NCBI RefSeq assembly: GCF_036321535.1
Contig: NC_087437.1
Location: forward strand, 67,520,001 to 67,584,000
From: Camelus dromedarius
Lineage: Eukaryota
DNA: 64,000 nucleotides
Reading direction: 5' to 3'
Positions 26,821-38,989 of the stretch are shown in pieces (the first letter of the stretch is position 1; each line of letters opens with the position of its first letter). The notes beneath the pieces are model-generated. The model was given only the letters and a program-made list of their open reading frames with translations, was not told the origin of the DNA and searched no databases. A program made the position numbers and the translations under genes.

Positions 26821-27217
26821 AAAAGAGGTTTAAAAAATGACTATTAGCAGTGTGGTCTCTGGGACAGAAGAAGGAAGGAGACAAGAGCAGAAGTCTACTG
26901 CTCCTTGTCCCTGTGCAGGACTGAGTCCAGTCCTGGATTCTGCTTCCAGTGAAATGTCCTTGGGGCGACCAAGGTCTCAGAGGGGAAGAGAGGTGAGAGT
27001 GATTCTTGCTGAGAAGGAAGCAAGAACCATGGGCTCTTTTCTGGATACTCTTTTTAATTTCCAGAGGAACCATACTGGGTGTCTGCCCGGTAACACTACC
27101 CACAGCAGTGTGTGTCCACTGTATACTCCGTTCACAAGGGCCCTGCTCTCTCTGCTCACCTCCCACCAGTTCTCTTGGCACAAAGACCAGACAGACCAGG
27201 ACTCAGTTAAATCCCCA

Positions 27218-27696
27218 TAGATTTTCTTGACCATAATTTTTGGACAAGGGAAGATCACATTATGTGAGCATGGTTCTATCCCTATCTTGACCTCACTCTG
27301 AAGCTTCTTCCCATCACGTAGACCCCAGCCTCCCCTTCTGCATCAAAGAAGGTACCCCAGCCTCCCCTTCTGCATCAAGGAAGATACATGTACCTCCCTT
27401 GGCTTGGGGGGTGGTAGGGACAAATTCTTTCGATTTGTATCACACACTGGAGCCACTTTTCTTTTTTTCCATTCCACAGTACTCTCTCCTCAGCGACAAA
27501 GGAAAAAGAAACTAACTCCTGCTGTGGCTATTGGAAGTCATCGGCAAACTGGGCCCTTCTATTCTAAAATTGGTCCAGCAGTTCCCCTAGCAACAGAATT
27601 AGTGACTCCCACTAGAATTCTCTGGGGATAGAACCATGCTCACTGAAATGATAATGTGATCTTCCCTTGACCAAAAATTATGATCAAGAAAATCTA
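27218..27696. repeat. Long inverted repeat with 65-bp and 72-bp arms and a 342-bp spacer
   Basis: Arm 27218-27282 equals the reverse complement of 27625-27696 apart from 2 substitutions and one 7-bp indel. Confidence 0.92.
27322..27385. repeat. 32-bp tandem duplication (2 copies)
   Basis: accccagcctccccttctgcatcaaagaaggt / accccagcctccccttctgcatcaaggaagat, 30/32 identical. Confidence 0.92.
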
Positions 27697-28456
27697 AGAC
27701 TGTTTCGGAGTGAAGGAATCTGTGGTAGAAATAGTCATTACTTGATGATTTTTTTCAAGCTTGAGTCCAGCTTCGGGTAGTTCATTAAATTATTCTGCAA
27801 TTCCTTATTGAAGGAACACGTACCTGGTAGAAATAATACTGATCCCTCTGGGGATGTTAAGATAAGTAGGTAAGAGTGCCTTTCTCTAAAGAAGTAAATA
27901 TTGTTGGGCGGGGACGGGGCGAGATACAAACAACAACACACATTAGAACATGAAAGGAATTGAAAGAAACTGCTAGAGGGTTCAAAGGAGGGAGAGACCA
28001 CATTAAATTAGAGAAAACAGTATAGACTTCAGAAAGGAGAGGGCATCTAGTGTGGACCTGAAGTCTGAGTTGTTTATTGACCAGTAGAGAAATTTCCATG
28101 TAGAGGGAACAATACAAGTAAGGGCAGAGGGGCGAGAGATGCTACAGGGCTTAGTCCGGTGTGCCTAGGGTACAGTGTATGACAAGAAGGTCTTGGGTAA
28201 TAAAAGTGAAAGCACTGGGACCAGATCATGCAATATGTTGAATATCCAGCTGAAGAGCTTTGTCTTCAGTTGGAGTGCAACATAGGTTCACTGAATTTTG
28301 GGGACAGGAGATGGTGAATATTAAACTTAGATATTGCTAGAATGTGACATTTCTTCCTGTGTCTACTTTTCTGAGGTGTAATAGTAGTGGTTTGCCCTTC
28401 TTCTTTTGTTCAATTACATATCTTTTATTATTCTTTCATGTTTATTTTTTCCAATC

Positions 28457-28487
<31 letters not shown>

Positions 28488-28964
28488 ATGTGTGGTTCTA
28501 TTCCCGTACTCCTCTTGGTTGACCACCAGTAGAAAATCATCTAGTGTTTCTTCAGACTCTTGACTTGGGGAACATATCCTCCAGGCTTATGGTTACTTTT
28601 GTGTTGTGAAGCTAATGTTGAAAAGAGGTATTTCCTAGTTTTGTCTGCCGAGACTAATAATACCTTGATAGCGATGACTTTACCCAGCATCTAGTTCTTG
28701 GTTTATCAGTACCATTCTCCAGTAAAAGGAACTAGGCTCCTTGAAAAAGTGTTTGATTCCAGAGCTAGGGCAGGGAAAACCCAAGATTGTTATGGAAAAT
28801 CCAGTAGTTATAGAATTAATGAAACCCAGTCCACATACCTCAGGATTCAGGATTTAGGACCTCTTGACTATTCTAGAAGACAGATCCTGTGTCTTAGATG
28901 TTTGCTTATAATAGTTTTTCCTCCTGATGCTACCTGGAATTCTAGTTGACCTAATTAAGAAAAA

Positions 28965-31900
28965 GACTTGTTATTTTGAAATAATTTAGATTTATGAATG
29001 AATTGCAAAAATAGTACAGAGAGTTCCTATTTACACTTCACTTGGCTTCTCTGTAGGTTAACATCTTGTGTAATCACCGTACAATTATCAGTACTATTTT
29101 CTAAATTACATACGTTAATTTTCACCTGTCTTTCAATTAATGTCCCTTTTATGTTTTAGGATTCAGTCTAGAATCTCTACTGCACTTAGTGGTTATATCT
29201 CTTTAGTTTCCTCTAATACTGACGCTTCCTCAGTCTTTCCTTCACTTTGGTGAACTTAAAAGTTTTGGAGAGTAGTGATCAGTTGTAAAATGTTTCTTGG
29301 TTTGGATTTGCCTGCTTTTTTTGTTTAATTAGGCCTAGGTTTGCATCTTTAGCAAGCATTCCACAGAGGTGATGTAGCTCTCTTAATGCAGTGTATTAGG
29401 GTTTCCATAATGTCGATGGGACTTACTACTGGTGATGTTAACCTAGTTGAGTTAGTGTCTTCCAGGTTTCTCCACTGTAAAGTTACTAATTTTTTCTTCA
29501 TAATTAGTAAGTATTCGGAGGAAATGCTTTGAGACTATGCGAGTATCTTGTTCGTAAATTTTCATCAGTAAACCTTGTTCTAATGCTAACATTTGATTTC
29601 TGTGATTCCTTCTACATTTAGTGATTGTAATGCTTCTATAATGAAAAGCTGTTCCTGCTCCTCCCTTAATTTATTACTTCAATCATTTATTTCTGTCAAT
29701 ATGGTTTCATGGATATTTATTCTTTGTTCACAATCCAATACTATCATTATTTATATTTTTGTTCAGAACTTTCTAATTCTGGCCCTCAAGTGCTCTTGTA
29801 GGTTGGCTCCTGAGTCTTTTTTATATATTCTCATTCTCTTCCCCACTTTTTGAGCACTTCCTTACTTTCTAGACCACTAGATCTTGCAGGCTTATGTTGG
29901 ATTTTCTTTACCCTGGCTCTGGAATCAACCACTTCTGTAAGGAGCCTGATTGCTTTTGTAGGAAAATAGTTATTTATAAACCAAGATCCAGGTGCTAAGT
30001 GTGCATATTGCTACTAAGGTATCCTTGCTCTCAGCAGACAGAGCTAAGAAATATCTGTATATCTACGAGACTTTTACACATACTACCTAAATATTTATTA
30101 ATGTGTCAATCTATCTGAATAGCTATTTTAAAAAAAATCCCTCTCCCAATACTCCATGAGGACACTCCCTTACCTCTAAGTCCGATCTAGCAACCCAGGG
30201 TTCATTCTGGCAGCCCACCTTTGCTTATTTGTAACTTCTTCCTCCAACAATGAGAAACCTGGCTGTTAATATCTGTAATGTGTTTACTTATTGTTTAACC
30301 TAGTATACATACAAAGTAGTTCCAGGATTATTAATGCATAGCACTGTGAAAAACAGGTTACCACAGTCCTTGTGTACAGTTCTTTTTTTATTTAATATTG
30401 TAATATCCAGTCAAAACAATGATTTTTCAAAGTCACTTAGGTCAACTCATTTCTTCGGAACAACTTCAGTGTGGTTACATCATTCATTTGAATTACAGTT
30501 TATTGCATTTGTCACAGTCTGCATTCCATCTGTAGTCCTCCACACAGTCTGGTTGATATTTTAAAATGTAAGTGCAGTAAGATTCACTTTTTGTGGTATG
30601 CAGTTCTGTGGTTTCTAAAAAATGCAGAGATTACCAAAGAGAACATTTCCATCACCCCCCAGATTTCTTTTGCTACCTCTTTTTAGTCAACTCATTCTTC
30701 ATACAACCCTGGGAACACTTATCTAAGTATCAATAGTTTTGGCTTTTCTAAAATTTTACATGAACAGACTCATACAATATGTAGATTTGGAGGGGTCTTT
30801 CCACTTTGACTTATTAAACTTCATTTAAGATTCATGGATCAGTTTTTCCTTTTCATTGTTGTGCTGCATTCCATTGCATGGAATTGTTTGCTTATCATTC
30901 ACTTCTTGAAGTACATCAGGGTTGTTTTCAGGGCCTTGTAATTATGGATGAAGCTTCTATAAATATTTATGTACAGATTTTTGTATTAACGTAAGTTTTC
31001 ATTTGACTTGAGTAAATGACTAGGAGTAGGATTGCTGGTTTGTAGGGCAAGTGTATGCTTAATTTATTAAAAGAAAAAAAAGCCTTCCTGTTTTCTAAAG
31101 TGGCTTTATCATTTTGCAGTACTACAAACAATGAATGATAGTTCCATTTGTTCTGCATCCTGACTGGCACTTGTTTTGTTTGTTTTTAAATATAGTCATT
31201 GTAATAGGTGTGTAGTTATTGTCTCATTGGGGTTTCAAGTTGCATTTCCCTAATGGCTAATGATGTTGAGCATCTTTTTCTATAATTATTTACTATCTGC
31301 ATATTTCTATGTTTAAATGTCTTTTCAGAACTTTTGCCCATTTTTACTGAGATGTTTTCTCATTGTTGAGTTTTGACAGTTCTTTGCATATTATTAATTC
31401 AAGTCCTTTATCAGATTCACGGTTTTCAAATATTTTCTGCCAGTCTGTAGCTTTCCTTTCATTCTCTTAATGGTGCATTTCATGGAGCAACTACAATTTT
31501 GATGAAATACAGTTTATCAGTTTTTACTTTATGGATTATGTTTTTGGTGTCACATCTGAAATTTTTTGCCAAATTCAAGTTCATGAAAATATTTCCCAAT
31601 ATTTTCTTCTAGAAGTTTTATAGTTTTACTTTTTACTTTTAGGTCTGTAATCTATTGTGAGTTATTTTGTGTAAAACATTTGAGTTAAGTTTGAGGTTTA
31701 TTTTCATGCATATGGATGTGTAATTGTTCTAGTACCATTTGTTGAAATGATTGTTCTTTCTTCAATAAATTGGTTTTGCACTTTGGTTAAAATATATGAC
31801 TGTATTTATGTGGATCTATCTCTGGGCTCTATTCAGTTCCATTGATCTTTGTGCTAATTCTTTTGCCAAACCACATTTTCCTGACTACTGTAGTTTTATG

Positions 31901-33140
31901 CCAAGTCTTGATTTCCAATAGTATGAGACATCCAACTTTGTTGCCCTTGGTCCAAAATATTTTTAGTATTCTATTTCCTTTACATTTCCATGTACATTTT
32001 AAAATCAGCTTGTTGATATGTATTTTATTAATGAAGGAATGAATTGATATCTTATCAGTATTGAGTTTCCCAATCGAGGAACACAGTATCTTTGTCCATT
32101 TACTTAAGTCTTCTTTAATTTTTTCCTAGTGTTCTATAGTTTTCATCATAAAGTCCTGAACATGGATTTGATAGATTAAAATTAAAGTCTTTCACTTTTG
32201 GTGGTATTTTAAGTGGCATTTTAAAATTTAAGATTCCAAATGTTCATTGCTAGTATATAGAAATATAGTGGATTTTTGCCTATCCTGTGCCTTTGCTAAG
32301 TTCCTGTATTATTTCTAGGGGTTTATTTGTAAGTTCTTTAGGCTTTTCTGTGTAGACATATATGTAGGTAGGGACAATTTAATTTCTTTCTTTCCAGTCA
32401 ATATGTTTTTTTTATTTGGTTTCCTTGCCCTGTGATATTGGCTAGGATTTATATTACAGTTTTGAATTGTAGTACAGAGAGAGGACATCTTTGCTTTGTT
32501 CCCAATCTTATGTGAAAAGCATTCATTCCTTCACCATTACATATGATATTAGTCATAAGTTTCATGTAGACATCTTTTTATCATTCATCATTTACTGAGT
32601 TTTTATTATGAGTGAATGTTGAATTTTGTCACATGCTTTTTCTCCCTCTATTGAAATATTTTTGTGATTTTTCTACTTTGGTCAGTTAATAGGGTACACA
32701 TGATTGATTTTCAAATCTTGAAGTGTTTGTATAGAATTGGTATTTTTTCCTTTCTTAAATATTTGGTAGAATTTGCTAGTAACACCATCTGGATATGGAG
32801 TTTACTTTGTTTGAAGTTATCAAATTATGAAATAAGTTTCTTCAATAATATAGTACTCCTGAGGTGATCATTTTTTCCTTAAGTGAGGTATGGTAAGTAT
32901 ATATCTTGCAAGGAGCTGGTCCATTTTAGTGGCTTTGTCAAACTTACAGACACACATTCAGTGTAATATTTCCTTATTGTTTCAAGTACTGCTTCACATG
33001 GAGTGTAATATGACCTTTCACTAACATAGTCCCAATTCTTGCAGCTAATCTTTTGTGCTCTTCCATTCCCCTCTCACAGTAGCTGCTATGCCCGTTGCCA
33101 GTTCTGCACCATGAAGGAGATTTTCTCAGAACTTTTTCAA
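28965..33140 (-). mobile_element. Old L1 (L1MC/MD-like), long 3' UTR plus decayed ORF2
   Basis: Starts ttattttgaaataatttagatttat...gcaaaaatagtacagagagttcc. ORF 30967-31170(-) HLPYKPAILLLVIYSSQMKTYVNTK matches the ORF2 C-terminus. Confidence 0.75.
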
Positions 33141-35334
33141 TGTTTTCTGTGAACATATGTTAATTACACTTATGTATAATTTATTGTATGAGTAGATATT
33201 GATACCTTACAATTGGAGTTTGGAATAAGCAACACATAATTTTTTAGTACCTTGCTTTTCTTCAGAGTAAGACAACAGAAATCTAGAGACTAAAGAATGA
33301 GTGATCCTGGTGTGAAATGAGAAATCTCAGAAATTCCTACTGAACTGTGGAATCCACATTTCACAATATTTAGTCTGATTATATTTTGCCATCTTGCTTT
33401 GAAATAACTTTCATGTATGTTTTGTAACACTGATGATGTTTTTCAGTTTTCTTGCTATTTTCAGTTGTTTGTTTTTCAGATTTCTTCAAAACTACCTGTA
33501 TCCTGTTTTATCTTTTATATATGCCAGGTGTTATGTAATTCACTTTGCTAGCTATCATCTTTTATTTTTGTAAAATACATTTATACCTTTTATTTTTATT
33601 TAGAAAATAAGACTTTGGATCTAACTTATATCTGAATTAAATTTATTTCTACCAATGTAGTTTAATACAACATAATTATAAGAATTTTTGATTTTTTAGT
33701 ATATGTGTTTTCTTTCTGTAACACCTTAAAAATAGATGTAAAGCAAAAGGCATTTCTGCTGTAGGTTGGGAATCTCTGGAGAACAGGATTCAGATTTTCA
33801 CAAGAGAAGGAAGAAGAGTTCTATCCCTGTGTATTTTCACTTAACGTTTCCTAATCAAAATTTGGGTTGATTCATATATGTCTTTTGATAAGGCTTCAAT
33901 GGGCTGGGAAGAAGATTGAACCCTGATCATTTATTCCAACAGTGAAATTTAAGTTTATTTTTCTGGTTTCTTATATGACATGAGACAAAGAAAAATAAGA
34001 GCAAGTATAACAGCCTGGAATCAGAAGGGAGTCAGAGCTTTGATTCATTTCAGTAGTATAGGCTTGAGAAATTCACAAAGGGTCTGAAAGATGGGTTTAC
34101 ATTTGTCTAAGTTATATGTTTTTATTTTTTCATTTTGACATCTGTAGTAATATGTCAGTAGAGTTTCACAATCAGAGAAAACAGTAGAAACAAAATAGTT
34201 GAGCAAAGACCTTCATTACTCTTCTGAGTTATTTAACCAAATAACATTTTTCCTGCATATGTAAATAAAAATCTTGACTATAGAAAATCAAATAAGGAAG
34301 CATAAGTCCACAAAAATTGTGCCACAGCACTTCTTGGCATAATAATACTATTAAAACATAATAATACCTAAAAAATACACTATAATAATTGAATTCTTGT
34401 AATTGCTAGGTTTGTGGCAAAACTGCCTTCACAACCTCAAAAGTTTAGTGAAGACTGTAGAAGCAGGAATTTTCATGACTGATTTTGAGAAGATGCAACA
34501 ACAACATCAGTATGGACTACAGCTTTACTTTTATATACAAGCCAAATTGTACTTTTACATGCAAAAAATTTGTAAGACTAACTTTTAACACTTGGAAGTC
34601 TGTACATTCCACAAGTTATTTTGAGGTGATAAAAGGGTTTTGCAAATGCTGTCAAATGAAATATGCATTTGCAAATGCTAGTAGGATGACCAAATGTACT
34701 CTGTGTGTAAGATGTATCTTGTAGTTACTTAAAATTGTTAATTGTTTCAAGCATGATCTTAATGATACAAGTCAAGTGGTAGTTCTTCTTAAACTTGACT
34801 TTTGAAAGAAATTCTGTTGCTGCTATATTGCTTCAGTACAGACAGCACCGACCATACAGTCTACCCACTTAGCATATTACACAACATTCAGTGAGCTACA
34901 GAAGCACTCTTGATGGTGTAATGCATGCCTAAAATGAATTTTAAGATTACGAAAAATTTGATGTGTGTACCAGTCAGGACTTGGTGTGGTAAGAGAAAAT
35001 GTTCAAGGTATTTTAAGCAGAAAGCTATTTAATACAGGAAATTGACTATACATAAAAGTTAAGTAAATATGAGCAAGCTCTAGGCCTATAGAAATGATTT
35101 CTAGAATGCTATGTAACTTACTTGCCATAAGAGCTATTCCCTTTGAAACTGCAACTGAAAGTTTTGATTTTTAAGAACACTTACCTATAATTATGATTCT
35201 AGGATTTGGAAGTCACTACTGCAACTTCCTCTCCATACTAACAAACTGGCTGGGTCTAGAGATGTGATATAGGAAAATCTCATGTTTCTACAACCTTACT
35301 TGCTAGTTAAAACCAACCAAAACTGTCAGGAAGA

Positions 35335-35800
35335 TGGGTTGAATTGTATCTCCCAAAAAAGATAGGTTGAAGTCCTAACCCCGGGGACATAAAAATGCGA
35401 ACTTATTTGAAAATAAAGGCTTTACAGATGTAGTAAAATTAAAGCGAGGTCATTAGGGTGGGTCCTAATCCAACAAAACTGTTGTCTCTATCAAAAGAGA
35501 ATATTTAGACACACACACACACAGACAGACACAGAAGGAAGACAATGGTAAATCCACAGGGAAGATGCTATGCAAAGATGGAGGCAGAGTTTGGAGTAAT
35601 GCCGCCACAAATCAAAGGACACTTAGAATGACAGTCACCACCAGAAAGTAAGAAGAGTCAAGAGAGGATTCTTCCCTGTAGACTTCGGAAGGTGCCTGGT
35701 CCTGCTGATACCTTGATTTTGGACCGTGAGATGATACATTTTTGTTATTTTAAGGCATTCAGCTTTTGGTACTGTTACAGCAGTCCTAGGAAACTAATAC
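35335..35800 (+). mobile_element. MLT1B/C-type MaLR solo LTR
   Basis: atgggttgaattgtatctcccaaaa...gttgaagtcctaacccc...aagatggaggcagag...gttacagcagtcctaggaaactaatac. Confidence 0.8.
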
Positions 35801-36665
35801 TATGGCCTATACCTGTCTTCTGCTTTAATATCTTGAAATGACATTTAACTTATGGAACCTTATTTGCATCCAGAATCATAGCTGCTGTGATGGCTGTGAA
35901 ATGTAATGTTCAGAATCCCATTCTTGGCAGTGCAATAAGACATTCTAGAATGAGGCTAGAAAGGAAGCTGATTTGATTCATACTGTCCACCTTGGCCCAC
36001 TTTTTGTGTGTGTGCAAAATTATCAGCAAATTAAAATGTGGAACAGTAAAATGTTTCAATAGTCCTAATTTTATCATACATTTTCCCCATTATTTAGTTT
36101 TGTTTGTTTTTTGTAATAGAATTAAAATATCCTTGTTAGAATTGGCACAAGAAAGAATCAGGGGCAGGAGTGTGATAAAAATATATTTTGATGGTATTTT
36201 CCCCAAATTTTACTTTACAAATATAAGCATTGAATGTACAGTAATAATTCGGACATGTTTTCAGCCTGAGTAGAACTCATGGATGGCTTATCAGTAAATT
36301 CAGTCTAGGAAATGTGTTTCAGCTGAATTTATGGCAAAGAGAAATCTCTCAATGAACAAAAAGAGAGAGAAAGGTAAGTTAGCTAATTTCAGAAATATTA
36401 AATTAAGAAGATATATGTTATTCATTTGGAACTTATGGAAAAGGGGTTAAGGAAGACAGCCTGGCCAGATTTGCAGGCTCAAGAGGGTACTTATTGAACA
36501 GTGACGGTAGTGAGCAGCACCATGCAGTGAAAAGTAGGAAGAGGGGATAAATACATGGTAATAGCCACATAGTTATTAAGAATTGAGCAAAGAATAAAAA
36601 GAAAAAACAAAGACCATGCAGAATAGGAAACACAGGAATCCGAGATGAAAGGATTGATTTGAATT

Positions 36666-36668
<3 letters not shown>

Positions 36669-36702
<34 letters not shown>
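36669..36702. repeat. (GT)17 microsatellite
   Basis: Uninterrupted GT dinucleotide run. Confidence 0.95.
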
Positions 36703-36703
<1 letters not shown>

Positions 36704-37472
36704 GGGGGTGGGCAGCTGAAGCTGAAGGCTTTGTCCTGGGGAATGAGACAACCAGAGATGATGTGGGTGAAGGTAGAAAGAAAGTAGATGTTAGAGGTCT
36801 TCTATTTATTCCCCACTTCCACTACCCTGAGATGAGCTATGCCTACCTCCCAAACCTATGATGACTCAGAGCTCTGGAACAGTTCTCAGGAGTAAATTCA
36901 GTACTTACAGAAGCCCTGATTTTATGAAGTGCTCAGAACTGGTAAGGACAAAGTAGCTAAAGCAGCCACTTTCCCATCCCTCCTGCTCCAACATCCACAG
37001 CCTATTAAATTAAAATCTAGGAAGTGTCTCTTCTGATGCTGCTTCTCCTTTGGGAGAAAAGATAAAGCCTTTATTTGTGAAGTTGTTCTGTAGGTGAGAC
37101 AAGGTTGTGATTTTCTGGTGACTTGGTTGTCTACCATAGAACTCATCCATTTTCCACTCCATGCTCCCTGGGGTTTTGGAGATAAATAATATGCATTGTC
37201 AGAACTATCGATATTTCCGAGGAAGGGGAGCTTACAGACTAAAATAACAAGACATTTAAGAATTTTAAAAAATGACACATTGGAATAAGCAGTTTGACAG
37301 AATTAGAAATATTAGAACAGATGCACCAAAATTTTAAAATTACCCTAATAGAATTCAACAGTAAGAAAGGGCAGATATTAAACATGTATAATAAAAAAAG
37401 AAAATGGTGAAAATATTAACTATTAAAAATAATGTTTAAAATAAAGAACTGTTCTAATTAAGACTTTATTCA

Positions 37473-37629
37473 AGGTGGGATGGTATAGCTCAAGTAGTAA
37501 AGCACATGCTTAGCATGCACAAGGTCCTGAGTTCAATCCCCAGTGCCTCCATTGAAAAACCAAATAAATAAATAAACCTAAATACCTCTGCCCCTGCAAA
37601 AAAAAAAAAAAAAAAAAAGTCTATAAAAA
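37473..37629 (+). mobile_element. tRNA-derived SINE, Vic-1-like (camelid)
   Basis: A-box tagctcaagtagta, B-box gagttcaatcc, tail aaataaataaacctaaatacct and poly(A). Perfect 13-bp TSD aagactttattca at 37460-37472 and 37630-37642. Confidence 0.85.
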
Positions 37630-38989
37630 AAGACTTTATTCAGCTTCTTATACAACTTTCAAAGATTATTCTAAAAGTTATATTGAAAAGAATTACCTGG
37701 GTACCTCTGTGATGTTTGGGCAAGAGACGCTTGTCAGATCTAATACTAATCAAGCTGTTGTAATTAGCAGCGTGTGGTGTTAGTGCAAGGATATGTCAGT
37801 TGATCAATGGAACAAAGTGCAAAAAAACAAAATCACAGATGTATGGTGTTTGGCATAAGACAGAGGTAGCATGTGAGATAAGTGTGAAAAAGGGATATTC
37901 TTCGACTGGAAGTAGAATAAGGGTTATACATGAAAAGAGAAAACTGAATACTCACTTCAGTAATCAACTCCAATTGGATTAGAGACTTAAATATAAAACA
38001 TAATTTAAAAAACAAATAGAAAATATTTCTTATTTTCTAAAAGGAAACAAGCATTGGCTATAAAATAAAAGATGAATGAATTTGAATATATAAAATTAAA
38101 GTCAAGTCCCTTCATTGCTCTGCTTCTGCTCTACTTCTCTGGCCTCATTTTCTTCCCATATTTCTCACATAGCAACATTCCCTCTTTGCATTATTGCATT
38201 ATTCTTTTCTCCAAGGGCTACTTTCTCCACTTTCCAACCCAGAAAATTCCCACAGCGCTCAGAAAAATAATGCATGTTTAGACTCATAGTCTACCTTTGA
38301 TGTCAGTAATAAATATTTTTTCTACTACAGCTATCAGAATATTTCTCAAAATACAGGAAATTAGAGTATATAGGCTATAGAATGTAACTTATAAGCACGA
38401 TCTTTTAAGAAGAAAGGTATGCGAGCAATAAAAACACTGAAGTTCTGTAGTAAAAGCTGATGAAGAATCGTAATGTCATCTATGACATTAAATTTCACAG
38501 AGCCTCATCAGTAAATAATAGTTGAGGATCTTAAAGTAAATGGAAATGTGAAGACCATTTTAGTTGAGGATCCTTTCTGAATTCAAACACAGAACTTCTC
38601 CAAGGTTCTAAAGTCAGTTTTCTCAGCAGTCATCCAACAGTACACTTTTGTCAAACATTTTATACCAAATGGTCTAAAAAAACCCCCAACTGTTCTGCAG
38701 AAGCAAAGTGTATCTTTTCTAACAAGGGCACAAAAAAGATTTTATTAATAAATGCAAGAAAAGTGCTCCAAGCTGACCCATGCTGATAAAATATCTTGAA
38801 TTTATATTCAAATGCAGCTCTATAAATTCTAATATCATTGTGCTACATATGACTAGGTTTAAAAAATAAACAAGTGAAAAACAACAGGCAGCACAATCAG
38901 GATTTGAAATTGAAAACACATTTTCAAATCTTGGGGTTTCAGAACATCACAGGGTGTTTGGACCAGACATAAAGTCCAGGAGAAATCAT

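Noticed and set aside
26813..27258. Overlapping 122-127-aa ORFs on both strands
   Set aside because: No recognisable domain. Locally higher GC is enough to explain the open frames.
34665..34678. Perfect 14-bp palindrome gcatttgcaaatgc with octamer-like halves
   Set aside because: Palindromes of this length are expected by chance in 64 kb, and neither half is an exact ATGCAAAT octamer.
37473..37550. tRNA gene
   Set aside because: The tRNA-like head is followed by a SINE tail, poly(A) and a TSD, so it is a retroposon.
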